This document shows positions 28,686 through 38,500 of a DNA stretch of 64,000 nt, in pieces; position 1 is the stretch's first letter, and each line of letters begins with the position of its first letter. Under the pieces are notes generated by a model. The model was given only the letters and a program-made list of their open reading frames with translations, did not search any database and was not told where the DNA came from. The position numbers and the translations under genes were made by a program. The stretch comes from an uncultured Spirochaetaceae bacterium (GTDB taxonomy: Bacteria > Spirochaetota > Spirochaetia > Sphaerochaetales > Sphaerochaetaceae), in assembly GCA_944389025.1 (NCBI GenBank), contig CALXKU010000013.1, forward strand, positions 2,868-66,867, in the 5' to 3' direction.

Positions 28686-29669
28686 ATGCGTAGTAAATTT
28701 ATACCATTCATTATAATCACGCTAATACTTGCCCTTCTCTTCTCATCATGTCAGAGCATTCAGACCCCTCCTGATTACTCGGATCCAAGCACATGGGCAT
28801 ATTTTGCCGCAGGAGAGGATAAGGAGGCTGACCTTTTCATCATATGCCCTACCGTGGATATGGGAGAGGAAGGGAATTACAACATGAGGATGGAGGATGA
28901 GGCGGCAAAAACCTCCTTCATCGGAGCTCTTAACATGGAGAGGGGAATCTATGAGGATGAGACGAAGATGTATGCCCCGTTCTACCGTCAGATGACATTC
29001 CCTCTTTATGAGAATGGACAGGCGGAGTCCGGGATGCCTCTTGAAATCGCATATTCAGATATCGAGAACGCATTCTTTTACTACCTTGATAACATGAACG
29101 ATGGACGGCCATTTATTCTGGCTGGTTTTTCACAGGGAGCTCAGCTTGCCCTGATGCTGCTTGAGGAGCACTTTGACGATGATGCACTCATGGATAAGCT
29201 GATTGCAGCGTACTGCATCGGATGGAAAATCACAGAAGAGGAGCTTGATAGATATCCTCACCTTAAAATGGCGGAAAGAGAGGATGATACGGGTGTTATA
29301 GTATCATTCAATACCGAAGATCCAGCTATCGAGGGCTCGATAATAGTTCCAGAAGGAACAAAAACCCTCGCGATAAACCCGCTTAGCTGGAGTACCGGTT
29401 CAGGCGTTGCATCAAGAGAGCTGAACATGGGAGCCTGCTTCACCGATTACTCCGGTTCCGTTACGACTGAAATTCCATATTTTACCGGTACATATCTTGA
29501 TGAGGAAAGAGGAACGCTCAAGGTTACTGATGTAATAATGAGCGACTACTCGAACTCCCTCTTCCCCGACGGGGTTTATCATCTTTATGACTACCAGTTC
29601 TTCTTCAGGAATCTTCAAGATAACGTGAAAAAAAGAGTTGATGCGTATTTTGAAACCTTCTCTTATTAG
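28686..29669 (+). CDS. lipoprotein, alpha/beta-hydrolase-like (DUF3089-like)
   Basis: From ATG 28686 the product begins MRSKFIPFIIITLILALLFSSC, a textbook lipoprotein signal plus lipobox. The GFSQGA nucleophile-elbow-like motif is present. The track start TTG 28623 would add 21 non-signal residues. Confidence 0.6.
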   Translation: MRSKFIPFIIITLILALLFSSCQSIQTPPDYSDPSTWAYFAAGEDKEADLFIICPTVDMGEEGNYNMRMEDEAAKTSFIGALNMERGIYEDETKMYAPFYRQMTFPLYENGQAESGMPLEIAYSDIENAFFYYLDNMNDGRPFILAGFSQGAQLALMLLEEHFDDDALMDKLIAAYCIGWKITEEELDRYPHLKMAEREDDTGVIVSFNTEDPAIEGSIIVPEGTKTLAINPLSWSTGSGVASRELNMGACFTDYSGSVTTEIPYFTGTYLDEERGTLKVTDVIMSDYSNSLFPDGVYHLYDYQFFFRNLQDNVKKRVDAYFETFSY

Positions 29670-29679
29670 CTGAAATGAA

Positions 29680-29703
29680 AGGTCTGCACGATTCGGCAGA
29701 CCT
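29680..29703. terminator. bidirectional hairpin between convergent genes
   Basis: Perfect 8-bp GC-rich stem AGGTCTGC/GCAGACCT with an 8-nt loop, between the stops at 29669 (+) and 29740 (-). There is no strong T-run. Confidence 0.45.
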
Positions 29704-29739
29704 CTTCAAGAAGTACGACAAAACAATCCTAAATGAATA

Positions 29740-30891
29740 TCAATCGGGCAGCTCAGATATGAAAGCCTTTCCCTCAACAGTCATTTTATAAGCCTCACCG
29801 CTGGCTATCAGAGCCGCCTCTCCCTTCTCAAGAGTAAGAGATTGTAGACCGCAGGAAAATGTGACTCTACCTTCCGTAACGATTGCAATAGAAACTCCCT
29901 CTCCGCTCACGTCATATTCGCCACTTGATACAGATAGGAGTGAGAACTTGTCGGATGGGGATGAGTAGAGTGTACGACCGTGAGAGTCAATCGACGCTGA
30001 GCATTTCTCAACCTTCAATGGGGAGAAGTCCATGATGGCGCAGAGCTCATCAAGATCAATCCTCTTTTTCGTAAGCCCGCCGCGAAGCACGTTATCCGAA
30101 TCATTCATTACCTCAATCCCGTTACCAAGCACATAGGCATGAAGGGTGCCAGGCCTTATAGCCATCGCCTCACCAGGGGAAAGATGCACAACATTCATCA
30201 AGTAAGGAAAAAGGGAGCCGATGTCACCCGCATATTCATCAAGGCATTCCTTTACGATTCCCTCACGGGTAAGGAAACCGTCAGAGAAGGAAGCAGATGA
30301 TGATATTGCCGAGCCAAGTTCGGTAAGAATGCTATCCTGAAGTGGCTTATCAAGGCTGAAAAGAGACTTGAAAAGATGTTCTAGACTGTCGGAGAAAGGC
30401 TTAATCACAGCCTCATATGATGATGGTATCACGTGCGAAAGATCAGCCCTGATCTCATCAATCGATCTGAAACCGCATAGCGCACTGATGGGAGAAAGGG
30501 CGAGAATCATCTCGCATTTCTCGTTATCATCCTGGTATGAGACCTCCGCTCCAGCTTTTCGCTTCTCCTCCTCCCTCTTCCAGCCAAGCTCCGCCTGAGT
30601 ACGGCTAGGATGGCACTGGAGGGAAAGCGGCTTCTCTATTGCAAGCACTTTCATCAAAAATGGAAGACGTCCAGAATACCTGTCCCAGTCCTTGGGGCCA
30701 AGGTATTCCCTGTTTTCAAGCATGAAGGAGGAGAGTCTCTCTCCGTTTACATCAGCATCTCCGGAAGGATGCCCACCCAGCCATAACTCTGCCTGAGGTT
30801 TGCCGTCATATCCTCCGATAAGCGAAGGTATGAAATCCCTGTTACCCCAAGCGTAATTCTTCACAACGCCACTTATTTTTACGATGTTCAT
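29740..30891 (-). CDS. manA: mannose-6-phosphate isomerase, class I
   Basis: VKNYAWGN, ELWLGGHP and LSLQCHP zinc-site motifs. ATG 30891 (MNIVKISG..) is preferred, because the longer track ORF (TTG 30957) would contain the terminator hairpin at 30934-30951. Confidence 0.85.
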   Translation of the reverse strand: MNIVKISGVVKNYAWGNRDFIPSLIGGYDGKPQAELWLGGHPSGDADVNGERLSSFMLENREYLGPKDWDRYSGRLPFLMKVLAIEKPLSLQCHPSRTQAELGWKREEEKRKAGAEVSYQDDNEKCEMILALSPISALCGFRSIDEIRADLSHVIPSSYEAVIKPFSDSLEHLFKSLFSLDKPLQDSILTELGSAISSSASFSDGFLTREGIVKECLDEYAGDIGSLFPYLMNVVHLSPGEAMAIRPGTLHAYVLGNGIEVMNDSDNVLRGGLTKKRIDLDELCAIMDFSPLKVEKCSASIDSHGRTLYSSPSDKFSLLSVSSGEYDVSGEGVSIAIVTEGRVTFSCGLQSLTLEKGEAALIASGEAYKMTVEGKAFISELPD

Positions 30892-30924
30892 GCGCAAAGT
30901 ATAAGGATATGAAAGCTTGAATGC

Positions 30925-30951
30925 AATAATAATCCCTGCCTCGCGGCAGGG
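30925..30951 (-). terminator. rho-independent terminator ending the peptide-uptake operon
   Basis: 7-bp GC stem CCCTGCC/GGCAGGG with a 4-nt loop, followed on the minus strand by ATTATTATT. It lies 25 nt downstream of the stop at 30976. Confidence 0.5.
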
Positions 30952-30975
30952 TATCAAGAGGGGATGGCCACGGAT

Positions 30976-31242
30976 TCACTCGGATGCCGAGTCATCATCC
31001 CAGGCAAGGTTTCCTTCCTTGTCCGTATACGTGTATGCGATTGCATAATATATGACAGGATCTTTCTCCTTCCATCTGCGATATGCGGCGGCCACTGCCG
31101 AAGCCATACCACGGTTGTTAACATAATCCCTTCCCCTCTCGAGCATGATGGATCTCAGAGAGCCGAGGGAAATCCTGATCTTCTTTGAATATAGGGCGAT
31201 TGCAAGCTCCCCTATGAAATCATAGACATCGTCATTGGTCAT
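30976..31242 (-). CDS. hypothetical 88-aa protein
   Basis: Its start overlaps the stop of the upstream TPR gene by 4 nt (ATGA). No signal peptide and no family recognised. Confidence 0.45.
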   Translation of the reverse strand: MTNDDVYDFIGELAIALYSKKIRISLGSLRSIMLERGRDYVNNRGMASAVAAAYRRWKEKDPVIYYAIAYTYTDKEGNLAWDDDSASE

Positions 31243-32063
31243 ACTTTATTCTCCTCCTTTATCAATCCTAGTTTTCGCGCAATCGGGAGTGCTTTCGTAT
31301 ATCCGAACGCACCTGGGTACGCAATCTCCATCAGACGCACGATAGCCGCCCTTGCCTTCTCCTCATCTCCATGGATCATGTGGTACCAGTAAAGGCCGTA
31401 AAGCATCGTGTTCTCCTCTAAGTGCACCCTGTTCTCACGAGGAAGGACGAGCGTAGCCATCTTCTCCTCATCGATGAACTCCTCCGGCTTCACAAGCCCC
31501 TTATAGAGTTTGACGCACATCGAATACCCATAATCCATCTGAGGGGGTACCACATCATCCGCTATAAGGGAAAGAGACTCTTCTGCCTCCTTGTATCTTC
31601 CAAGCTCGGCATAGGATGTGTATATCCAGTGGATTAGAGGATAATGCTCGCTCTCCGCCGTCAAGTGCAGACATTCCTTGAAATCGGAGATGGATGCCTC
31701 GACATCCCCGTTTATATTCATAGTGGTTGCACGGTAGTACCAGTAAAGCCAGTTAGACGGATCCAGCTGAATGGAAAGAGTGTAATCCGCAATAGCCTGC
31801 CAGTACTCATTTTTCAGGCTGTGCTTCCCTCCGCGTCCGAAATAGTTCGGTGCGTAGAACGGGGCGTATGCGATTCCCTTGGAATGGGCCTCAAGGGCCT
31901 CATCGTAACGTTTTTCTAGGCTCAGTGCCTTTCCCATGACATACCAAGCATAGCCATCGGTATCGTCCTTTGCAATAAGGGCCTCTGCCTCATCCATGCT
32001 CGGCTGCATCATCAGCATGCGCCTCATCTCATCATTTCTTTCCTGATTGAAAACGAATTTCAT
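31239..32063 (-). CDS. TPR-repeat protein, paralogue 1 of an uncharacterised 4-member family
   Basis: Starts MKFVFN. Shares PFYAPNYFGRG, ADYTL.IQLDPS.W.YWYYRA, HW.YT.YAELG, PQMDYGY, LYKG.VKPEE and MLYGLYWY.MIHGDE with the ORFs at 36811, 37631 and 42659. ATGA overlap with the S10 peptidase gene. Confidence 0.7.
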   Translation of the reverse strand: MKFVFNQERNDEMRRMLMMQPSMDEAEALIAKDDTDGYAWYVMGKALSLEKRYDEALEAHSKGIAYAPFYAPNYFGRGGKHSLKNEYWQAIADYTLSIQLDPSNWLYWYYRATTMNINGDVEASISDFKECLHLTAESEHYPLIHWIYTSYAELGRYKEAEESLSLIADDVVPPQMDYGYSMCVKLYKGLVKPEEFIDEEKMATLVLPRENRVHLEENTMLYGLYWYHMIHGDEEKARAAIVRLMEIAYPGAFGYTKALPIARKLGLIKEENKV

Positions 32064-33502
32064 GCCTTATCTCCCGGCATATCACCATTCATGAATGCCC
32101 TGATATCATCAGTAAGACTCTTGATGTTATCGTTTCCGATATAGATCATATGCCCTGACGGATAGCCTTTTATGGAGACCCTTTCCTCAGGAAGGTTCGC
32201 ATGGTTGAGCATGTAATACGCGATTCCAATCTCGGTGGCCATGTCGTAGTAGCCGTTTGCGAAGAACGAACGCATGCCAGGAGTTCTCCACATGGCATTA
32301 TAAAGATGCTGAGCCGTAGTGAGCTCCGCCTCCTTGTTCCACTTTTTGTTGATCGTCGTTGTCGGCTTATAGAGCCTCGGGAAATCGTGTATGCCAAGGC
32401 TTGGAAATACTCCTCCTTCAAGGGCAGATATGAAATACGGATTATATTTTCCCCGTGATGCATCGGTTGCAAGACCGTATGCGATCTCGTCAGTAAACGG
32501 ATTGTAAAGAGGCCTTGTCATCCTTCCATCCAGCCTCGACACAGCCTTACCGCGATCCCTTATTACCTCGGCTCTGAACGAGGCATCCTCTATCACAAGG
32601 TTCCTCTCCTCAAGATAGCGGTCGGAGACTCCTGTGAAATACATGATCTTCTTCTTTACCTTCTCCCTCTCCTTGCCCTTGAGAGAGCTGCCACGGTAAA
32701 GGGCGAGCACATACTCGCTGTCTGCGAATGCTCTGGCCTCATGCACCCATTCATCAAGCTCAACAGAATGATCCGTGTTATGGTACCAGTTGATTGCAGC
32801 ATATGTCGGGAAACCGAGGACCGCAGGCTCTGCGGGGACCTCCCTGTTGAAGAACTTGCCGGTTGATACCGAGTTGCCGATGAACACGATTCCGTCGAAT
32901 GCGAAATCATAATACCTGTCAGCACTTCCACGTGCGGCAATACCTGCTGCGCATGCGGCTCTGGTACAGCCATAACTCTCACCGATGACATATTTTGGAC
33001 TCATCCAGCGCTCATATCTCTGAAGCCAGGACTGCATGAAAGAAAGGAGTGCCTCGGCATCCTCTTCCACTCCGTAGAACTGACTGCCCTTAGCCTCGTC
33101 AAGCAGAACACCGAATCCTGTTCCAACCGGATCCACAAGTACGAGATCTGCAATGTCAAGAAGGCACTCCGGGTTGTCTATGACCTCATACGGTGGAAGA
33201 CCGGTCATATCATCGACATCATCCTTGTATTTGATTCTTTTCGGGCCTACAAAACCAAGGTGCACCATCACAGATGATGTTCCCGGTCCTCCATTGAAAG
33301 CGAAGATCACAGGACGCTTTGAAAGGTCCTCAACCCCATCCCTGAAGTATGAGAAAGAGAATATTGAGGCAATCGCTTTGCCATTCTCATCATAGAAGAC
33401 ATTATCCTCGCTTACGCTTCTATAAGAGATCTTCTCCCCTCTTAAGGTTATCTCACCCTTACCCTCGAAACGGGAAGGTGTGAAAACATCGTTGATGAAC
33501 AT
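32060..33502 (-). CDS. serine carboxypeptidase, family S10, cytoplasmic
   Basis: FNGGPGTSS oxyanion block, GESYG catalytic serine motif and a C-terminal GHM histidine block. No signal peptide. GGAGGG RBS. Confidence 0.8.
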   Translation of the reverse strand: MFINDVFTPSRFEGKGEITLRGEKISYRSVSEDNVFYDENGKAIASIFSFSYFRDGVEDLSKRPVIFAFNGGPGTSSVMVHLGFVGPKRIKYKDDVDDMTGLPPYEVIDNPECLLDIADLVLVDPVGTGFGVLLDEAKGSQFYGVEEDAEALLSFMQSWLQRYERWMSPKYVIGESYGCTRAACAAGIAARGSADRYYDFAFDGIVFIGNSVSTGKFFNREVPAEPAVLGFPTYAAINWYHNTDHSVELDEWVHEARAFADSEYVLALYRGSSLKGKEREKVKKKIMYFTGVSDRYLEERNLVIEDASFRAEVIRDRGKAVSRLDGRMTRPLYNPFTDEIAYGLATDASRGKYNPYFISALEGGVFPSLGIHDFPRLYKPTTTINKKWNKEAELTTAQHLYNAMWRTPGMRSFFANGYYDMATEIGIAYYMLNHANLPEERVSIKGYPSGHMIYIGNDNIKSLTDDIRAFMNGDMPGDKA

Positions 33503-33556
33503 GTTCCCTCCTTATAAACAAAATATGGAAGGCATAAGCCCTCCATATCGCCGCCT

Positions 33557-35137
33557 CTAGTTCCTTACTCTGAGGTTATCCCAGAATATGACGTTGTTGA
33601 CGTTGACCTCGAAGCCCTCGACATTGTCACTCATCGTCCAGATGTTGTACCTGTCGTTGGTGAAGATCGCCGCAGGATCGTCTATATAGATGATCTGCTG
33701 AGCCTGCCTGTAGAGATCCGCCCTCTTCTCCTCATCCATCTCGCTCATGGCCTCGGCAAGGAGACGGTCAACCTCGGCATTCGAATACCAGCCGTAGTTG
33801 TTATTGTTGTTTCCGTCCGGTGATGTGGTCCAGATCCTTCTGAGCCCTTCATCGCAGTCAGCGGTTCCGGCCCCATATCCCATGAAGAACATCGCCCATG
33901 GGAAATCCTCTCCAGGATACGTCCTGTTTCCCTGTACAGCCTTGAAGGTAGCGTTATCAACAGTCTCGATCGTTGCGTTGATACCGACTTCTGAGAGCAT
34001 GGCGACTATCATCTCACAGGTCTCTGTCGACTTGTTGTAGTTCGGATAGAGCATGATTGAGATATCGAATCCATCCGGGTATCCTGCCTCAGCAAGAAGT
34101 GCCTTAGCCTTAACCGGATCATAAGGAATAACTCCGAAATCATAGTAACCCCATACGTTCGGGTTAACCGGTGCAGTGCATGCCTTCTCCCCGATATCCG
34201 AATAGAGGGTATCGACGATGAGCTGCCTGTCGATAGCATAGGAAATCGCCTGACGTACGAGCGGACTCTTCGTATACTCGTTGGCGCAGTTGAACTGAAG
34301 ACCATGCGATCCGATTCCCTCGAACATCTTCACCTGGATGCCCGGAGTCTCCTGAAGACGTGGAATCTCAGAAGAGTTCACCGTTGCCACATCGACCTGT
34401 CCGGTCTCGAGGGCTACAAGACGTGCGTTCGCATCTGCTACGATGAGAATATCGATAACCTTCGTAGGAACCTCTCCTCTGAAATGATCAGGGAACGCTT
34501 CGAAGACCATCTCCTGGTCCTTATCCCAGGATGCGAGGCGGTAAGGTCCTGTTCCGTTGACCGATTCAACAGTAAGACCGAGATCCATACCATACTTTTC
34601 AATGTAATCCGCATCAAGAATGAGGTTCGAGCGGTGTGTCAGGTTTGCAAGGAAGCTTGCAACCGGTCCCGTTGTCACAAGACATACGGTGTAGTCATCA
34701 ACAGCGTAGACATCGGCGATGTAACCGCAGGCAAGTGAGCTGTAGCGAACCGCTGGGTTGTCAAGGAGCCTTCTGTATGAGGCAACGACATCGGCGGATG
34801 TGAGCTCCTTTCCGTTATGGAACTTTACCCCGTGGCGAAGATTGAACGTCCATGTGACTCCATCCTCTCCTACAGACCAGCTCTCTGCAAGGTCCCCTTC
34901 GATGCTTCCGTCCAGAGCCCTTCTCACAAGCTGTGAATAGACGGCTCTCAGATAAACATCGTTAGTGTTGTTCATCTGGCCATCCATATACCCCTGATCC
35001 GCACCTGTAGCTATGATCAGAGTGTCCTTATACTCCGGCAGCGCTGCGCTCTCCTCCTTTTCAGATGAACCGCCAGCGAATACGGAAAAGGCAGCGAGAA
35101 AAACGAGTAAAAGTACTAATAAAGCTTTTCTTCTCAT
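33557..35137 (-). CDS. ABC transporter substrate-binding protein, family 5 (peptide/nickel type), copy 1
   Basis: Signal peptide ending VFAGGSS. OppA/DppA-type length and blocks (W..S.DG...TF.LR.GVKFH.G, AEAGYPDGF). Confidence 0.9.
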   Translation of the reverse strand: MRRKALLVLLLVFLAAFSVFAGGSSEKEESAALPEYKDTLIIATGADQGYMDGQMNNTNDVYLRAVYSQLVRRALDGSIEGDLAESWSVGEDGVTWTFNLRHGVKFHNGKELTSADVVASYRRLLDNPAVRYSSLACGYIADVYAVDDYTVCLVTTGPVASFLANLTHRSNLILDADYIEKYGMDLGLTVESVNGTGPYRLASWDKDQEMVFEAFPDHFRGEVPTKVIDILIVADANARLVALETGQVDVATVNSSEIPRLQETPGIQVKMFEGIGSHGLQFNCANEYTKSPLVRQAISYAIDRQLIVDTLYSDIGEKACTAPVNPNVWGYYDFGVIPYDPVKAKALLAEAGYPDGFDISIMLYPNYNKSTETCEMIVAMLSEVGINATIETVDNATFKAVQGNRTYPGEDFPWAMFFMGYGAGTADCDEGLRRIWTTSPDGNNNNNYGWYSNAEVDRLLAEAMSEMDEEKRADLYRQAQQIIYIDDPAAIFTNDRYNIWTMSDNVEGFEVNVNNVIFWDNLRVRN

Positions 35138-35182
35138 ATGTCCTCCTTATATAGAGGAAGGCCATGGGACCTTCCATGAATG

Positions 35183-36766
35183 TTAGTTCCTTACTCTGAG
35201 GTTATCCCAGAATATGACGTTGTTGACATTGACATCGAAACCTTCGACCTTGTCACTCATCGTCCAGATGTTGTACCTGTCGTTTGTAAAGACCGCAGCC
35301 GGGTCATCGATGTAGAGAATCTGCTGGGCCTGCCTGTAGAGATCCGCCCTCTTCTCCTCATCCAGTTCGCTCATGGCCTCATCAAGCAGGCGGTCAACCT
35401 CGGCATTTGAATACCAGCCGTAGTTGTTATTGTTGTTCCCGTCCGGAGATGTGGACCAAATTCTTCTCAGTCCCTCGTCACAGTCGGCAGTTCCAGCACC
35501 GAACCCCATGATGAACATCGCCCATGGGAAGTTCTCACCCGGGTATGTCCTGTTGCCCATGGCTCCGGAGAATGTTGCCATATCTACAGTCTCGATTGTC
35601 GCGTTGATGCCGACTTCAGCAAGCATCGCAACGACCATCTCACAGGTCTCAGTCGACTTGTTATAGCCAGGCTGAAGCATGATTGAGATATCGAATCCAT
35701 CTGGGTATCCTGCCTCAGCAAGGAGAGCTTTCGCCTTCTCCACATCCTGAGGGATCACTCCGAAGTCGTAGTAGCCCCATACGTTCGGGTTAACCGGTGC
35801 TGTGCATGCCTTCTCCCCGATATCCGAATAAAGGGTATCAGCGATAAGCTGCTTATCAATCGCGTAGACTACCGCCTGGCGAACAAGTGGGCTCTTCATG
35901 TACTCGTTGGCACAGTTGAACTGAAGACCGTGAGCTCCGATGCCCTCATATGTCTTAACCTCGACTCCCGGGGTCTCCTTCAGGCGTGGAATCTCTGATG
36001 TGTTAACGACCGTGACATCAACCTCCCCTGTCTCGAGTGCTACAAGACGAGCATTTGCATCAGATACGATGAGGATATCTACATTCTTCGTAGGAACCTC
36101 TCCTCTGAAGTAGTCAGGGAATGCCTCAAGAACCATCTCCTGGTCTCTGTCCCATGAGACAAGACGATAAGGTCCTGTTCCGTTCACGGATTCTGCCGTA
36201 AGACCGAGATCCATACCATATTTTTCGATGTAGTCCGCATCAAGGATGAGGTTCGAACGGTGCGTCAGGTTCGCAAGAAGGCTTGCAATCTGCGTGGGCG
36301 TTACGAGGCACACCGTGTAATCATCGACAGCGTAGACATCGGAGATGTACCCCTTCGCAAGAGAGCTGTAACGTACTGCGGGATTATCAAGGAGCCTTCT
36401 GTATGATGCAACAACATCGGCAGAGGTAAGCTCCTTTCCATTATGGAACTTGACCCCGTGGCGAAGATTGAACGTCCATGTGACTCCATCCTCTCCTACA
36501 GACCAGCTCTCGGCAAGGTCCCCTTCGATGCTTCCATCCAGAGCCCTTCTCACAAGCTGTGAATAAACTGCTCTGAGATATACGTCGTTGGTGTTGTTCA
36601 TCTGGCCGTCCATGTAATTCTGATCGGAGCCTGATGCGAAGCGAATCGTATCCCTGTATTCAGGAAGAGCAGAGTCTTCCGTCTCCGCATCACTCGTTCC
36701 GAGGGCGAAAACCGAGAAAGTCACAGCCATCATGATCATCATTAAAGCAATCGTTTTCTTCAACAT
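35183..36766 (-). CDS. ABC transporter substrate-binding protein, family 5, copy 2
   Basis: Tandem paralogue of copy 1, with an identical run of about 88 aa (YMDGQMNNTNDVYLR...VRYSSLA). Signal peptide ending FALG. Confidence 0.9.
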   Translation of the reverse strand: MLKKTIALMMIMMAVTFSVFALGTSDAETEDSALPEYRDTIRFASGSDQNYMDGQMNNTNDVYLRAVYSQLVRRALDGSIEGDLAESWSVGEDGVTWTFNLRHGVKFHNGKELTSADVVASYRRLLDNPAVRYSSLAKGYISDVYAVDDYTVCLVTPTQIASLLANLTHRSNLILDADYIEKYGMDLGLTAESVNGTGPYRLVSWDRDQEMVLEAFPDYFRGEVPTKNVDILIVSDANARLVALETGEVDVTVVNTSEIPRLKETPGVEVKTYEGIGAHGLQFNCANEYMKSPLVRQAVVYAIDKQLIADTLYSDIGEKACTAPVNPNVWGYYDFGVIPQDVEKAKALLAEAGYPDGFDISIMLQPGYNKSTETCEMVVAMLAEVGINATIETVDMATFSGAMGNRTYPGENFPWAMFIMGFGAGTADCDEGLRRIWSTSPDGNNNNNYGWYSNAEVDRLLDEAMSELDEEKRADLYRQAQQILYIDDPAAVFTNDRYNIWTMSDKVEGFDVNVNNVIFWDNLRVRN

Positions 36767-36810
36767 TTCATTCCCCTATTTTTACTGATGGGCATATCCC
36801 ATCTGAATTC

Positions 36811-37620
36811 CTATTCGATTATTCCCAGTTTTCTGGCAATAGGTACAGCCTTCGTATAGCCGAACGCCCCGGGCACTGCAATCTTCATAAGATGCTTTAT
36901 GGCATCATATGCCTTCTTCTCATCCCCATGTATCATCCAGTACCAGTAAAGTCCGTAGAGCATACCGTTCTCCTCAAGAGCAACCCTTCCAGGTTGAGGA
37001 AGGACAAGGCGAGCCATCTCCTCCTCGTTGATGTATTCCTCTGGCTTGACGATGCCCTTATAAAGCTGAACCGAACGCCTGTAGCCGTAATTGCGCTGAG
37101 GACATTCGACGATGCCATCCACATATTCAAGACTCTCTTCGGCCTTATCATAGAGTCCAAGCTCGGCATATGTGGTATAAAGCCAGTGGACTATGACATA
37201 GCGCTGGGAGGGGATTGTCAGAGGAATGCACTCCTCAAAATCGGAAAGCGCGCTCTCGATATCCCCATGTACGCTCTCACAGGTCGCCCTGTAATAGCGA
37301 TATGTCCATACCGACGGATCTAGCTGGATGCACATCGTAAAATCGGCAAGGGCGGCGTAATAGTGGCCCATGCTGTTATGCCTCCTTCCCCGTCCGAAAT
37401 AGTTAGGTGCGTAGAATGGATGATACATTATTCCTTTTGAGAAAGCCTCTAAGGCCTCCTCAGCTCTCTTCTCAAGACCGAGGGCCATACCGAGTTTGAA
37501 CAGGGCATAACCGTCTGTCTCATCCTTTTCAAGGAGAGCCTGAGCTTCCGCCAATGTCGGCTTCATCATCAGGATATCAGATATCTCATCCGTCTTCTTC
37601 TGGTTATACACGAATTTCAT
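36811..37620 (-). CDS. TPR-repeat protein, paralogue 2
   Basis: Same conserved blocks as 31239..32063. It follows paralogue 3 after a 10-nt gap. Confidence 0.7.
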   Translation of the reverse strand: MKFVYNQKKTDEISDILMMKPTLAEAQALLEKDETDGYALFKLGMALGLEKRAEEALEAFSKGIMYHPFYAPNYFGRGRRHNSMGHYYAALADFTMCIQLDPSVWTYRYYRATCESVHGDIESALSDFEECIPLTIPSQRYVIVHWLYTTYAELGLYDKAEESLEYVDGIVECPQRNYGYRRSVQLYKGIVKPEEYINEEEMARLVLPQPGRVALEENGMLYGLYWYWMIHGDEKKAYDAIKHLMKIAVPGAFGYTKAVPIARKLGIIE

Positions 37621-37630
37621 GCAAGACCGC

Positions 37631-38443
37631 CTATTTTATTATTCCAAGTTTTTTTGCAATCGGCTGTGATTTCAAAAGCCCGAAAGTCCCCGGATAACCG
37701 ATCTCCTGAAGCCTCTTTATCGCATCATAGGCCTTCTTCTCGTCCCCATGAATCATCCAGTACCAGTAGAGCCCGTAGAGCATGTGGCTCTCTTCGAAAT
37801 GGACACGGTTTGGTCTGTCTATTACGACCTTTGCCATCTCCTCCTCGTCGATATAATCCTCAGGCTTAACGATGCCCTTGTAAAGCTGGACGGCTCTCTC
37901 GTAGCCATAATCCATCTGCGGAGCCTTTAGAGAACAGTCAATAAGATCCAGAGACTCCTCGGCCTTCTTATAGTCCCCAAGTTCGGCATATGTGGTGTAA
38001 AGCCAGTGAATGAGTGGATAGTGCTCATGAGGGTCTGTAAGGTGCAGGCACTCTTTGAAATCATCAATTGAATCCTCAAGAAGCCCCCCTCTCACATTCG
38101 CCGTAGTCGCCCTGTAGTACCAGTACGTCCAGTTAGATGGATCCAGCTGTATGCAGAGTGTGAAATCGGCCATAGCCCTCTTCCACTTTCCTGCAGCATT
38201 ATGCCTTCTGCCCCGTCCGAAATAATTGGGGGCGTAGAACGGCTCATACATGATTCCCATAGAATAGGCATCGATCGCCTCATCAATTCTGTTTTCTCCA
38301 GCAAGTGCCGTTCCCATGACATACCATGCGTAGCCGTCCGTCTCATCCTTATCAAGGAGCGCCTGAGCCTCTTTAACCGTTGGGCTCATCATCAGGATAT
38401 CGCGCATCTTCCTGTTCTTCTCTTCATTGTATACGAATTTCAT
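37631..38443 (-). CDS. TPR-repeat protein, paralogue 3
   Basis: Same conserved blocks. AGGAGG lies 9 nt upstream of the ATG. Confidence 0.7.
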   Translation of the reverse strand: MKFVYNEEKNRKMRDILMMSPTVKEAQALLDKDETDGYAWYVMGTALAGENRIDEAIDAYSMGIMYEPFYAPNYFGRGRRHNAAGKWKRAMADFTLCIQLDPSNWTYWYYRATTANVRGGLLEDSIDDFKECLHLTDPHEHYPLIHWLYTTYAELGDYKKAEESLDLIDCSLKAPQMDYGYERAVQLYKGIVKPEDYIDEEEMAKVVIDRPNRVHFEESHMLYGLYWYWMIHGDEKKAYDAIKRLQEIGYPGTFGLLKSQPIAKKLGIIK

Positions 38444-38500
38444 TCTTCACTATCCTCCTTTTCAGAAGCTTCAAAGGAAAAATTCCTTTGAAACTCATAT

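Larger units (their letters stand above)
33557..36766 (-). repeat. tandem duplication of a roughly 1.6-kb binding-protein gene
   Basis: The two units align end to end. Examples are nearly identical 3' ends (33557-33660 vs 35183-35286) and an exact 57-nt run CCCGTGGCGAAGATTGAACGTCCATGTGACTCCATCCTCTCCTACAGACCAGCTCTC in both copies. Confidence 0.85.
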
